The translations under genes were made by a program, and so were the position numbers. A stretch of DNA of 64,000 bases from a virus: positions 21,934 through 85,933 of IMG/VR virus record IMGVR_UViG_3300028534_000018; one strand, given 5' to 3'. Below, one piece after another: positions 8,427 through 18,562 of the stretch. The stretch's first letter is position 1, and every line of letters begins with the position of its first letter. The notes beneath the pieces are model-generated. The model was given only the letters and a program-made list of their open reading frames with translations, ran no database searches and was not told the DNA's origin.

Positions 8427-10511
8427 ATGCAGATAGATGAAATGTTAGACCAACTAGAAACAGTTGGTAGAAGAAAAACAGATAGGGTTATATGGGAATC
8501 TGTATTATATTATTATGGATCAATATTACTAAATAAGTATGCATACAGAAAAGATCTTGGATCAAAAAGAAATATAAAATTTTATAGTATTGTGTTTGCA
8601 AACTCTGGTCAGGGAAAGAGTTTTGTATTATCAACTGTGGAAAAATTATTTAAACTTGACAATTATGGTCAAGCAATGCTTGCATATTATAATAATTCAT
8701 TAAATTTATTACCAGATACACCAGAAGAAGCAGATGAAATAAAACGATACATGCCAAAATCTGTAACAATAGGTGTTGAAGGAACCAGCGAAGGACTATT
8801 TCAGGTAATTAAATCACAAAATGCATCTGGATTTGGATCATTAAATTTGTTAACAGATGAATTTGGTGAAACAATTGGTACATCGTCAGGATTATTATCA
8901 AAGCTGAAAGAACTTTATGATGGAACATTTAAAGCTAAAATCATCAAAGGTGATGTATCAAGTGGAGAAATGAAAAAAGACATATCGAATGTAATATGTA
9001 ATTTCATTGGAATGGGATCACGCAAAGGTGTGACACAGGACAATGCAAGAGAACTAAAACGCATTGCAACATCAGGTATGTACAGACGAACTTTCATTGT
9101 TGAGTCAATGAAATATGTAGAAAAAAATACACAAGAAGACAATATAAATGAGCTTGAAGAATATATAGATGCATTGAATGATCAATTAAAAAGAGACTTT
9201 ATAAATAGAAATACTGAATATATGATTGAGGATGTATTTTTTAAATACACAAATGAGTTTAATACGCGAGTAGAAGAAATTGATGATGACTTAATCTATA
9301 GGGCACAAAATGATAAATTAAATGAATTTGCCCAATATAACACTGGTTCATTGGAAATGGTAATTGACCTTGCTCATATCATCGCTTTTTTACAATGGGA
9401 TTTCACTGTTGATAAGGAGCATCTTGATAGAGCATATGATTTTATGATAAGAACCAGGGATAGTGTGGAAGATACATTTAAATCAATACATGCATACAAA
9501 CTAATGTATGATTTATTGATGTTAAAAGATAATATGACAATATCTGAAATGGCAGAATATGAAGGAAGTATTCCAATCAGTGCTGCAAAGATTAAAGATA
9601 ATGTTGCACTACTTGAGGAATTTTGTTATAGAAAAGATAAAGTGCTCATAAAACAACATGGAAAGGTTATTAGATATAGAATTGAAGATCTCCCAGTAAC
9701 GAATCTTAAAAAACTTATTATATCAACGACTGATGACAAGAAAATGAAAATGGCAATTAACTTTACACCTGGGGAATTATCATGGGATCTTTTTCCAAAA
9801 CTAGTCACATCAAAAAACGTTGATAGCTTTACGACATGTCATTATGAGCCGTCACCAAAGGCTCCAGAAGGGCATAGAAGAGCAGAAAGCTTTATAGAGG
9901 GGCAGAACCTCATATCGTTTGATATTGATGAAGGAATGACGATTGAAGAAGCAAAAGAGGTATTAAAAGAATATACATATCTTATCTATACAACAAAATC
10001 TCATCAAAAAGAAAAAAACGGAACAGTGACAGATAGATTTAGGATATTATTGCCAACAAAAACAATGTTCTATGTAACACCAGAACAACATAAGAAAATG
10101 TATGAAAATCTTGAAACAACAATGGGAATAACGTCAAATGATCCACAGACAAGAAATGTATCAAGATTATTTTATACAAATCCAGATGCAGAAGTTATTG
10201 TTCATGATGGGAAATTGGTTGATGTATCTTGCTGTATTCCATCTACTGAGAAATCAGACAAGATTATGCCAATCATGGAAAATATTGAAGAGCAACGAGA
10301 GTCTGGAAGATTAAGCAAAAGAGAAGCAGGAATGATTAAATGGTTCATTATGAATACAAGTGAAGGGAATAGACATGAAAATTTAACAAGAATAGCATAT
10401 TTCTTTAAAGATCTCGGAATGAATTGGAAACAGAAGGTGCATGAACTAAATGCAATGCTCGATAAACCAATGACAGAAAAAGAATTGAAATATATATATA
10501 GTATAAAGTAA
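8427..10511 (+). CDS. DNA primase/helicase (N-terminal P-loop domain, C-terminal AEP primase plus PriCT-like domain), N4 gp43-like
   Basis: Walker A NSGQGKS, Walker B LLTDE; SFDID, YTTKSH and RFRILLP AEP motifs; EGNRHENL. Confidence 0.8.
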   Translation: MQIDEMLDQLETVGRRKTDRVIWESVLYYYGSILLNKYAYRKDLGSKRNIKFYSIVFANSGQGKSFVLSTVEKLFKLDNYGQAMLAYYNNSLNLLPDTPEEADEIKRYMPKSVTIGVEGTSEGLFQVIKSQNASGFGSLNLLTDEFGETIGTSSGLLSKLKELYDGTFKAKIIKGDVSSGEMKKDISNVICNFIGMGSRKGVTQDNARELKRIATSGMYRRTFIVESMKYVEKNTQEDNINELEEYIDALNDQLKRDFINRNTEYMIEDVFFKYTNEFNTRVEEIDDDLIYRAQNDKLNEFAQYNTGSLEMVIDLAHIIAFLQWDFTVDKEHLDRAYDFMIRTRDSVEDTFKSIHAYKLMYDLLMLKDNMTISEMAEYEGSIPISAAKIKDNVALLEEFCYRKDKVLIKQHGKVIRYRIEDLPVTNLKKLIISTTDDKKMKMAINFTPGELSWDLFPKLVTSKNVDSFTTCHYEPSPKAPEGHRRAESFIEGQNLISFDIDEGMTIEEAKEVLKEYTYLIYTTKSHQKEKNGTVTDRFRILLPTKTMFYVTPEQHKKMYENLETTMGITSNDPQTRNVSRLFYTNPDAEVIVHDGKLVDVSCCIPSTEKSDKIMPIMENIEEQRESGRLSKREAGMIKWFIMNTSEGNRHENLTRIAYFFKDLGMNWKQKVHELNAMLDKPMTEKELKYIYSIK

Positions 10512-10551
10512 CCAATATAGATAAAAAATAAAATAAAAAAAGGAAAACAGA

Positions 10552-10734
10552 ATGGTAACACTTACACATAAAACAAAGAATATTAAAGTTAAAGCAGAAA
10601 CAAAAGGAAATAAGATTATCACAAAAAAAGGATTTGTAGTTCTTGTTGGTAGTGAGTATTTTGGATCACGAAGAGTAAATAGTGATATAATTGAAAGAGA
10701 TTTTTTTATCCCTAAAAACTATACACTAGGATAA
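10552..10734 (+). CDS. Small hypothetical protein
   Basis: AAGGA RBS. Confidence 0.45.
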   Translation: MVTLTHKTKNIKVKAETKGNKIITKKGFVVLVGSEYFGSRRVNSDIIERDFFIPKNYTLG

Positions 10735-10738
10735 AGCA

Positions 10739-11023
10739 ATGAATTATTTTTCAACAAAAGAGTTTATTCAATTAACATTATTTGAAAAAATTATTGTATT
10801 GTTTTTCTCGATCTTGCTTGGAGTTGGATTTGTATTCCTATTGGCGATGCTAATAAATAAAGCATTCTGTGCATTATTTGATTTTGAATATAATGTGTAC
10901 AACAACATATGGATTATGTTGGCCTGGTTCCTGCTTATGAGAACAATAAAAACAATCAAAGATAAGAAAAATGAAAAACATATCAGACGATACTATCAAG
11001 AAGATATTGAAATCAAACCGTGA
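10739..11023 (+). CDS. Small membrane protein (two predicted TM helices)
   Basis: Two hydrophobic stretches. Confidence 0.5.
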   Translation: MNYFSTKEFIQLTLFEKIIVLFFSILLGVGFVFLLAMLINKAFCALFDFEYNVYNNIWIMLAWFLLMRTIKTIKDKKNEKHIRRYYQEDIEIKP

Positions 11024-11213
11024 TTGGATTAATGAAGAAGATTATTGGATAGAAGCAAATATTAACGGAACCAGGGTGGATATAAATACAACAACATTGG
11101 ATGGAAACATATATTATGTTGTTGTGTATCCAACATATATTGATAAAAATGGAAATAGAAATACGAATACACAAGAAATATTAAAATCATTTTCATTTGT
11201 GTATAAAAAATAG
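10971..11213 (+). CDS. Small hypothetical protein
   Basis: ORF in tightly packed + strand operon. Confidence 0.5.
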   Translation: MKNISDDTIKKILKSNRDWINEEDYWIEANINGTRVDINTTTLDGNIYYVVVYPTYIDKNGNRNTNTQEILKSFSFVYKK

Positions 11214-11230
11214 AACAAAAAGGATAAGAA

Positions 11231-11845
11231 ATGAGTGGGAAATTTATAGTATTTGAGGGAATTGATGGTGCAGGAAAAGATGCACAAGCAATTAGTCTCT
11301 TTGGGTACTTAAAAGAAAAAAAAATAGATGTTGAATTAACAAGAGAACCATCTGATGGTATTATTGGAAAATTTATACGAGAAAACGCAAAAGAAATTAG
11401 TGAAAACGATGTCTTTTTAAATTACAAACTTGGTTTATTATTTGCAGCAGATAGATTTGATCATATATTTGGAAGAGGAAGAATTGCAGATAAATTATAC
11501 AATGATAAAAAAACAATTATATCAACAAGGTATAAATTTTCAAACATTGCATACAATTCAAATTTTGCAGAAGAAGAAAAATTTATTAAATATATCAACA
11601 AGGAATTTATAGAACCAGATCTTGTAATTTATTTAGATATTGATATCAATACAGCGTTTGAAAGAATCAATAAAAGAGGAGGAGTTGACTATTTTGAAAC
11701 AACAAAACAGTTAATAAGTGCAAAAGAAAAATATGACAAAATATTTAAAAAAAAGAAAAACAAAACAGTTGTTGTTATTGATGGAACAAAGAGTATTGAA
11801 GAAATTCAGATAGAAATTAGACACATAGTAAATAAAATGTTTTAG
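11231..11845 (+). CDS. tmk: Thymidylate kinase
   Basis: FIVFEGIDGAGK P-loop, TREP, LLFAADR, PDLVIYLD. Confidence 0.92.
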   Translation: MSGKFIVFEGIDGAGKDAQAISLFGYLKEKKIDVELTREPSDGIIGKFIRENAKEISENDVFLNYKLGLLFAADRFDHIFGRGRIADKLYNDKKTIISTRYKFSNIAYNSNFAEEEKFIKYINKEFIEPDLVIYLDIDINTAFERINKRGGVDYFETTKQLISAKEKYDKIFKKKKNKTVVVIDGTKSIEEIQIEIRHIVNKMF

Positions 11846-11854
11846 GGCTATAGT

Positions 11855-12532
11855 ATGGAATATCATAAAATACATGGACTATTTAAAAGATACACAAAAG
11901 ACGACAAAGATGCAGGAATTATTCCAGATGGGAAAAAAGTTGGTGATTTTATCACTGGAGAATTTGCAAAAGAAGAATTTAAAATCTTATTCCATAATCA
12001 ATGGATCTGGACAGAAAAACTTGATGGAATGAATATTAGAATTTATCTATATAGAGAAGAGGAGAATGATAATTTTACAATCATAGTAAAGGGGCGAACA
12101 GATAAGGCAGATATTTCAGATGATTTATTGAACTCTATCTACACCTGGTTCCATGAGAATGAGGAAAAAATAAACAATACATTTACCAAAACAAATAATT
12201 TAATTTTATATGGAGAGGGCGTAGGAAAAAAGATTCAAAAAGGATCTATTTTTGGAGAACAGCATTTTAAATTATTTGATGTAAAAATTGGAAAATTTTG
12301 GCTAAAGAGAGATGATGTAATTAATATTGCAAATAAAATAAGCCTATCAACACCACTATATTGGATGGGCACAATTACTGATGCTGTAGGCAGAGCGATA
12401 ACAGAACCAAAATCAGAATTTGGCAATTTCACAATAGAGGGATATGTGGGCGTACCAGTAGGTGATTTTCTTGACAGATCTGGAAACAGAATTATCACAA
12501 AAATCAAAGTAAAAGATTTTGTAAAAGGATAA
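11855..12532 (+). CDS. RNA ligase (Rnl2-like adenylation domain)
   Basis: Motif I TEKLDGMN, LYGE, FKLFDV, EGYVG, C-terminal KIK. Confidence 0.8.
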   Translation: MEYHKIHGLFKRYTKDDKDAGIIPDGKKVGDFITGEFAKEEFKILFHNQWIWTEKLDGMNIRIYLYREEENDNFTIIVKGRTDKADISDDLLNSIYTWFHENEEKINNTFTKTNNLILYGEGVGKKIQKGSIFGEQHFKLFDVKIGKFWLKRDDVINIANKISLSTPLYWMGTITDAVGRAITEPKSEFGNFTIEGYVGVPVGDFLDRSGNRIITKIKVKDFVKG

Positions 12533-12536
12533 GAAG

Positions 12537-12872
12537 ATGATTATTGCAGAATATGATAGTTATGATGCATATACTGATGACGGAGAATATGATGAGTTTC
12601 AAGATGAAATGAATTTTAATTTTTTCAAGGAAGAAGTCAAGGAAAGATTATCCAAGAGAAAATTTCCAGTTAAATTAATTGCAAGATCAAGTAATTGGAT
12701 GGGACAAGACGGATATACAGAAGCAGACAATGTTGACGAGATAATCAGTAAAATATTTTCATTTGGAAATCATTGGGCTAGAATGGAAAGCACACGTGGT
12801 GGTGGAATAGAATTTAGAACCGCATCACATGATGTTCCAACAGGCTTTACAATCGAAGTAAGGGCGAAATAA
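12537..12872 (+). CDS. Hypothetical protein
   Basis: RBS AAGGA; coupled to the next ORF. Confidence 0.55.
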   Translation: MIIAEYDSYDAYTDDGEYDEFQDEMNFNFFKEEVKERLSKRKFPVKLIARSSNWMGQDGYTEADNVDEIISKIFSFGNHWARMESTRGGGIEFRTASHDVPTGFTIEVRAK

Positions 12873-13168
12873 TGAAAACAATGTATTTAATAAAGTTATA
12901 TCAATCATTGTTGGTAGACAAAAATAATAAAATTATTGTTGATAAGGTTGAAGTAGAAGACGAGACTAGTCATTTTGTTATATTGAGAGGTGGAACCAGG
13001 AAGAAAAAAAAATCACAATATGAAAACTTTTTTGATACACGTGAAGAAGCAATAGAGGCTGGATTAGAATACATAAAAGATGTAATTAAAAGAACAGAAT
13101 CAAAAATAGAATTTCATAAATATCAAATGGAAATTTTAAAAGAAATTTTAGAAAAAAACAAAGGATAG
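12872..13168 (+). CDS. Hypothetical protein
   Basis: FFDTREEA motif common in small phage proteins. Confidence 0.55.
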   Translation: MKTMYLIKLYQSLLVDKNNKIIVDKVEVEDETSHFVILRGGTRKKKKSQYENFFDTREEAIEAGLEYIKDVIKRTESKIEFHKYQMEILKEILEKNKG

Positions 13169-13172
13169 AAAA

Positions 13173-13985
13173 ATGGCAGATTTAATTATATCTGCAAATA
13201 ATGCAGAAGTAAGACAAGATATTATTCAGCAAAATGAGGCATATGGTAATGTATCAGAAAGATATATTCCAATTGCAACAAAAGACGTGCTTAACGTGAT
13301 GAGAGAAAAAGCTGGCGATATTAAAATCATTGGATTTAATAATGCAAATGTAAGAAGTATTGAAAAAGATGGATTCCAGAAGCATGCAGTAATGATACAA
13401 TTTAATGATGCAGAAATGCTTGATGGAACCAGAATGAATATGGTCCTTTTTAACTCAAATGATAGAAGTACAGCACTGAAGATTTATATGGGATCTTTAA
13501 GAGCAGTATGTTCAAATCAAATTGTATGGGGTGATCTTGTTAGTGAACCAGTATCAATTAGGCACACAAATAAAAATTGGAAAAATTCAATTTATCAATT
13601 GATGGACGAGTACAAAAAACAACAAGAAGATACTCAAAGAATTATCAATAAAATGATGAAGAAATATGTATCATATGGAGACATTGGCAGACTTAATGAA
13701 AGAGTAGCAGAAGAACTTATTAATCCTATCATTACTGGTTCCGTATTAGATCCATTACAGTTAAATTCTGCACATAGAAAAGAAGATCTTGGCAAAGATC
13801 TATGGCATACATTTCAGCGACTACAATATAATCTCGTTAATGGCGGAATTGATAGGATAATCGAAACAGAAAATGAAAATGAAAAATTAATACATAAAAT
13901 CTCAAAAACGCACAAAATTACAGATACAAAAAAACAGATCGAAGTAAATAGAAAATTATCAGACATTGTAATGGAAGTATTATAA
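13173..13985 (+). CDS. DUF932/DUF945-family protein
   Basis: SERYIPI, LFNSNDRS, RAVCSNQ, DLWHTFQRLQ motifs. Confidence 0.75.
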   Translation: MADLIISANNAEVRQDIIQQNEAYGNVSERYIPIATKDVLNVMREKAGDIKIIGFNNANVRSIEKDGFQKHAVMIQFNDAEMLDGTRMNMVLFNSNDRSTALKIYMGSLRAVCSNQIVWGDLVSEPVSIRHTNKNWKNSIYQLMDEYKKQQEDTQRIINKMMKKYVSYGDIGRLNERVAEELINPIITGSVLDPLQLNSAHRKEDLGKDLWHTFQRLQYNLVNGGIDRIIETENENEKLIHKISKTHKITDTKKQIEVNRKLSDIVMEVL

Positions 13986-14012
13986 TTATAAAAAATTCAG
14001 CATAAAGGAAGC

Positions 14013-14552
14013 ATGACCATGGGAGCGTACTATGAGGCGGTAATTAACACAGAAATAATTGAAAATAAAAGGATCAATACACACATATTTGGTGCTGGAC
14101 TTAAATTGATGGAGCATTCATATGTAGGAAACGAATATGTTGAATCAATAATGTCAGCATTTTTAAATACAAAAGGAACACTTCAGTGGTTATGTGATTA
14201 CCACGAAGAAGAAGGAAATGAGTGGAGTGATATTGATGAAATAAGAAAAGAAGATGAAATTGATGATACTGGATTGTATGAATTGCTTCCATTTTACTTT
14301 ATAGTGAATCATTCAAAAAAAATATATATTGATATGAAAAAATACATTTGCATGAATAAAGATAGAATGTTTTTAATTCATCCAGCACCAATACTTTTCA
14401 ATTCAGAAGAAAGATCAGCGGGAGGAGGCGATTATCATGTAGAAGATAGTAGACGTGGATCATGGAACAAAGATGAATTAGAAGTCACATACGACATCAA
14501 AAGATATGAGAAATATAAAGATGTTACATCTGATTCTATTTTTTATGAATAA
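14013..14552 (+). CDS. Conserved-looking hypothetical phage protein
   Basis: GLKLMEHSY, IVNHSKKIYID, HPAPIL, GGGDY, GSW. Confidence 0.6.
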   Translation: MTMGAYYEAVINTEIIENKRINTHIFGAGLKLMEHSYVGNEYVESIMSAFLNTKGTLQWLCDYHEEEGNEWSDIDEIRKEDEIDDTGLYELLPFYFIVNHSKKIYIDMKKYICMNKDRMFLIHPAPILFNSEERSAGGGDYHVEDSRRGSWNKDELEVTYDIKRYEKYKDVTSDSIFYE

Positions 14553-14569
14553 ACAATAAAGGAATAAAT

Positions 14570-14878
14570 ATGGCAGAAGCAATATTGATTTTAGCAAAAT
14601 CTGGAATGGGAAAAACAACAAGTTTAAGAAATCTGGAACCAGAAAAAACAATGGTTGTGCAGGTAAAAAAGAAACGATTACCATTCCCACATAGTAATTG
14701 GAAATATTGGGATAAAGATAAATCCGCTGGTTCTATTTTCCATGTAAACACATTTGAAGGAATGCGTGCAGTACTTAAGAAGATGGAACAAGTTGGCAAA
14801 AAAATTGTTGTTATTGACGATCTTGTGTATGCTATTTCTAAAAAAGTAATGGATGATATTGATGTCAAGGGATTCGAT
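14570..14878 (+). CDS. Sak4-like/AAA_24 ATPase (N4 gp44-like), exon 1
   Basis: Walker A AKSGMGKT, Walker B VVIDD; ends ...VKGFD at the intron 5' splice site. Confidence 0.85.
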
Positions 14879-15203
14879 TATAGATTAGTCGCCTAATGTA
14901 GTGATATATTATGGAAAAACTTATTGAATTGCTGGGAAGCCCTTAGAGCTAAATAAACTACAAAGTAAGGATGAAATAAGCCTAGGCTTGAATGTTTTAA
15001 AATTATTTAGATTGGGTAATCAGCAGCCAAGATCCGAATAGGATAAGGTTCAACGACTATCCCGCATGGGAGTACATCCAAGTGGATGGAAGCAGTAAGC
15101 TTCTTTTATAAAAAAAAGAAGATGATATAGTCTGCTCTTATTGGAAACAATAAGCTGGATATAATTCCGCATATGAATTAACGAATCATATGGAACACAA
15201 AGG
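14879..15203 (+). ncRNA. Group I self-splicing intron, 325 nt, without homing endonuclease ORF
   Basis: Core elements aattgctgggaa, aatcagcag, ttcaacgacta, gatatagtc; P1 cgaT|ta..taGtcg with U-G wobble; terminal G15203; removal restores the reading frame. Confidence 0.9.
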
Positions 15204-15548
15204 AAGTGGACCGAATTAGCCGCAGAGTTTAACAATTTGTTATCATTTATTGAAGACTTAGATGATAATATGAGAGTATATATCATGACACATACAGATG
15301 TGGATGATAATGGTTTCGTAAAGATGAAAACAGCTGGAAAGCTTATCGATAATCTCCTGGTTCCAGAAGGGATGTTTACAATCGTTCTAGGAATGACAAA
15401 AAATGATACAGGACATTACTTTGTAACGAATGGAAGTACTATGGACCCATATAAATCTCCTATGGGAATGTGGGATGACAAGTTGATCCCTAACGATTTA
15501 AAGCTAGTAGATGATAGAATCTGCGAGTTTTGGGATATTGAAAAATAA
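15204..15548 (+). CDS. Sak4-like/AAA_24 ATPase, exon 2 (spliced product 217 aa)
   Basis: KWTELAAEF...MTH...KTAGKLID...PEGMFTIVL...KSPMGM...IPNDL. Confidence 0.85.
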   Translation, partial: KWTELAAEFNNLLSFIEDLDDNMRVYIMTHTDVDDNGFVKMKTAGKLIDNLLVPEGMFTIVLGMTKNDTGHYFVTNGSTMDPYKSPMGMWDDKLIPNDLKLVDDRICEFWDIEK

Positions 15549-15625
15549 ATGAGTTGCCTGAGATGGTAAGCAGAAAATGGAAAATGAACCATTGTCAAAA
15601 ATTCAACTAAACAAAGGATACAAAT

Positions 15626-16243
15626 ATGAATATTTTCGAAGAGCTCGATCTTGATAAAGAAACAGTAGAAAGTGCAGAGGAGCAAACAATTCGTCCAGCA
15701 TTTGAATTGCTTCCATCTGGAGCATACAAGGCTGAAATTAAAGAACTTGCAACATTCACTACAGACAGTGGTGCTGTTCAGTTGAAAGCTGTTGTATATA
15801 TTCCATCAGAAGATCGTGAGATTACAATTTACCAAAACGTAAAAAAGAAAAATGGTGAGCCAAACGCAATTGGTCAAGCAACGTTTAAACACATTGTTGA
15901 GGCGACCAATACGTCAATGGATGACCTTACAGCCAAGACTGAAACAATTGAGGCTTATGGTAAAAAAGTCGAAGGCAAGGTGGTAAAAGGTCTTTCTGGG
16001 AAACCACTGATTGCGCTAGTTCGAGAAGTGTTTGAAGAGGGTGCCAAGTACGATAAATACAATGATATTGAGGGATATGCCCGCACAGATGGCACAAATG
16101 CCAAAGGTGAAAATATCGTTGAAGTATTTAACGAGAAGATCGCAAAGAATCCAATCCTTACACGCAAAGCAAAGAATACACAGGCGAAAACTAATGGAAG
16201 TTCAGATGCTGGAACAGCAGGAAAAGTAGCAGATATGCTTTAA
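15626..16243 (+). CDS. Single-stranded DNA-binding protein (N4 gp45-like)
   Basis: LLPSGAYKAEI N-terminal motif, flexible tail, position right after the AAA ATPase. Confidence 0.7.
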   Translation: MNIFEELDLDKETVESAEEQTIRPAFELLPSGAYKAEIKELATFTTDSGAVQLKAVVYIPSEDREITIYQNVKKKNGEPNAIGQATFKHIVEATNTSMDDLTAKTETIEAYGKKVEGKVVKGLSGKPLIALVREVFEEGAKYDKYNDIEGYARTDGTNAKGENIVEVFNEKIAKNPILTRKAKNTQAKTNGSSDAGTAGKVADML

Positions 16244-16248
16244 TTGCT

Positions 16249-16291
16249 TGGTAGTGTATATGTATATTTAATATATATATGCTACCATTTC
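16249..16291 (+). terminator. Hairpin after SSB
   Basis: tggtagtgtatatgtatatt/aatatatatatgctacca followed by ttt. Confidence 0.5.
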
Positions 16292-16317
16292 ACATCTAAA
16301 TAATAAGGAAGAATAAA

Positions 16318-16506
16318 ATGTATAAACTTGAAGAACTAAAAAAGGTAATGGCTGATCTCGAAAAAGAGTTAAATGAAACAGCAGTATTTTCAGAAAATGG
16401 AAGTCATAACAAATCAGCCTCAGCGAGAGCAAGAAAAATTCTCAATGAGTTGAAGAAAAGTATTACAAGTATGAAAGAGGACTTGATGACTCTTGACAGA
16501 GGATAA
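16318..16506 (+). CDS. Histone H1-like (Hc1-type) small DNA-binding protein
   Basis: NKSASARARK motif within a helical hairpin. Confidence 0.65.
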   Translation: MYKLEELKKVMADLEKELNETAVFSENGSHNKSASARARKILNELKKSITSMKEDLMTLDRG

Positions 16507-16921
16507 TGTAATACTAAATAGGAAACTGGATCTGCCTAAATTTAAAAAGAGATCCAAGACTACAAAAAAATATTCTGAAGTATTGTGTACACTAAATAAT
16601 ATTTCTGCATGGTATCGCTACAAAAAAACAGAAATAAAAAACACATATAAGCAACTACTAAAAGAATATTTTATCCCACAACCAAAACAAAAATATAAAT
16701 CTCTCACAATTCAATATAGAATCATTAGGCATAACAAGAAAAATATAGATAAAGATAATGTTGTGTTTGCTTTAAAATGGATAGCAGACACATTAGAAGA
16801 ACTTGGTTATGTTGACAATGATAATGTAGTTAATTTTGAGAGCTTTGATACAATATACGATACATCTTTGCCAGAAACAATGCTTGAAATTAGAATAATT
16901 GACAGCGAAAGGATTTGGTGA
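16493..16921 (+). CDS. RusA-like Holliday junction resolvase
   Basis: DKDN...KWIADTL..G.V.ND motif. Confidence 0.65.
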   Translation: MTEDNVILNRKLDLPKFKKRSKTTKKYSEVLCTLNNISAWYRYKKTEIKNTYKQLLKEYFIPQPKQKYKSLTIQYRIIRHNKKNIDKDNVVFALKWIADTLEELGYVDNDNVVNFESFDTIYDTSLPETMLEIRIIDSERIW

Positions 16922-18377
16922 GAAGGATAAAATAAAAATGCAATATACAGAAGAGCAACAAGCTATTCTAGATACAATAGTACAGGATTCATGTGATTTT
17001 ATTAAAGTAAACTCAGTTGCTGGCAGTGGTAAAACAACATTGCTAATTGGTATATCAAAAATATTAAAACCAAAAAATGGATTATATATAGCATATAATA
17101 AAGCTATAGCAGATGAGGCGAAAACAAAATTCGATAAAAATGTAATATGCCAAACAACACATTCACTTGCATACCAAAATACAATTAAACATTTCAATTT
17201 AAATGTTGGAGTTTTCAATTACAAAGTTATAAAAGAGAGAATTAAATTTGAATTAAAATTAATTATCATTGATCTTGTAAATGATTTCTTTCTATCTAAA
17301 TATGTAAAAATAGATGATTACATAAAAAGCAATAAGGAACAATTTGAGAAATTAGAAAAAGCAAATAAAAATATAGTTGACCTGGTTCCAAAATATATAC
17401 GTAAAATGATAAGTGGACAAATAGATATTACACATGCTGGGTATTTAAAATTCTATCACATCTTGCTAGCAAACAATAAGATAAAGCACGATGAATTTGA
17501 TGTTTTAATGCTTGATGAAGCAGGAGATATTAATCCAGTAACACTTGAAATATTTAAACTATTACCAGCAAAAAAGAAAGTAATGGTTGGTGACGAAAAT
17601 CAAAATATCTATACTTTTAACAAGACAATAAATGGCTTTGTAGAAATGAAGGATGTTGGGATACAAATGAATATGACACAATCATTTAGATGCTCACCAG
17701 AAATTGCAGATCGTATAGATACTTTCATTAAAAGATATATAGATATAAATATGGAGTTTAAAGGAACCAGGGACGAAACATGTGATATGAGCATCAAATC
17801 GTCAGCTATCATATCAAGAACAAATTCTGGACTAATTGGAGAAATAATTGCATTAGCTGAAAATGATATAAAGTTTTCTCTAACCAGAAAAGCATCACAG
17901 ATTTTTGAATTAGTATTGATTCTAGCAAATCTCAAACCTGGTGGAAAAATATTTTCACGTGAATGGAGTTTTCTACAAGACGAAGTTGATGAATGGAACA
18001 TGAACCCATTTTTATTATCTGAATATAAAAGTGCTTTTGCGTATATAGCAGATAAATATAGTGAAGATATTCAAATAAAAACAGCAACGAAAATTATAGG
18101 CAAATACGGAACCAGGAGTGTATATTCAGCATACAATGCAGCAAAAGAAAGTGAAAAACGTAAAACAAAAGGTATAGTTCTTTGCACAGCACATAGTTCA
18201 AAAGGTCTTGAATTTGATAAAGTAAAAATAGCAGATGATTTGAATAATTCTTTAAGTAAAATTTTCGAAGAAAGATCAATTGCTGAATTTACAGAAAAAG
18301 ACATTGAAGAGTTTAGATTATATTATGTTGCATGTTCTCGTGCAAAAAAAGAATTAATTAATGCAGAATGGCTATAA
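16899..18377 (+). CDS. Superfamily 1 (UvrD-like) DNA helicase (likely start ATG 16938)
   Basis: TEEQ, AGSGKT, LDEAGD, VGDENQNIY, QSFRC, TAHSSKGLEF, YVACSRAK. Confidence 0.9.
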   Translation: MTAKGFGEKDKIKMQYTEEQQAILDTIVQDSCDFIKVNSVAGSGKTTLLIGISKILKPKNGLYIAYNKAIADEAKTKFDKNVICQTTHSLAYQNTIKHFNLNVGVFNYKVIKERIKFELKLIIIDLVNDFFLSKYVKIDDYIKSNKEQFEKLEKANKNIVDLVPKYIRKMISGQIDITHAGYLKFYHILLANNKIKHDEFDVLMLDEAGDINPVTLEIFKLLPAKKKVMVGDENQNIYTFNKTINGFVEMKDVGIQMNMTQSFRCSPEIADRIDTFIKRYIDINMEFKGTRDETCDMSIKSSAIISRTNSGLIGEIIALAENDIKFSLTRKASQIFELVLILANLKPGGKIFSREWSFLQDEVDEWNMNPFLLSEYKSAFAYIADKYSEDIQIKTATKIIGKYGTRSVYSAYNAAKESEKRKTKGIVLCTAHSSKGLEFDKVKIADDLNNSLSKIFEERSIAEFTEKDIEEFRLYYVACSRAKKELINAEWL

Positions 18378-18456
18378 TACATATGTATTTTAACCTGACC
18401 TGGGATGTCATAAAACTCATACAGGGTGATAATTTTTTCTCATTTTTTATCCTTTG

Positions 18457-18500
18457 GACGATCATGGTTTTTTGATAGGTTCTTCCATGATCGTCTTTTA
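18457..18500 (+). terminator. Rho-independent terminator-like hairpin
   Basis: gacgatcatgg/ccatgatcgtc (11 bp) followed by a T run. Confidence 0.6.
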
Positions 18501-18562
18501 ATTTTATTGTTTTATGATATATGTTAGCATGTATGACAAAAAAAATAAAAAAAGGATAAAGA

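Noticed and set aside
14570..15548. Pseudogene or frameshifted ATPase
   Set aside because: The interruption is fully explained by a group I intron whose removal restores the frame
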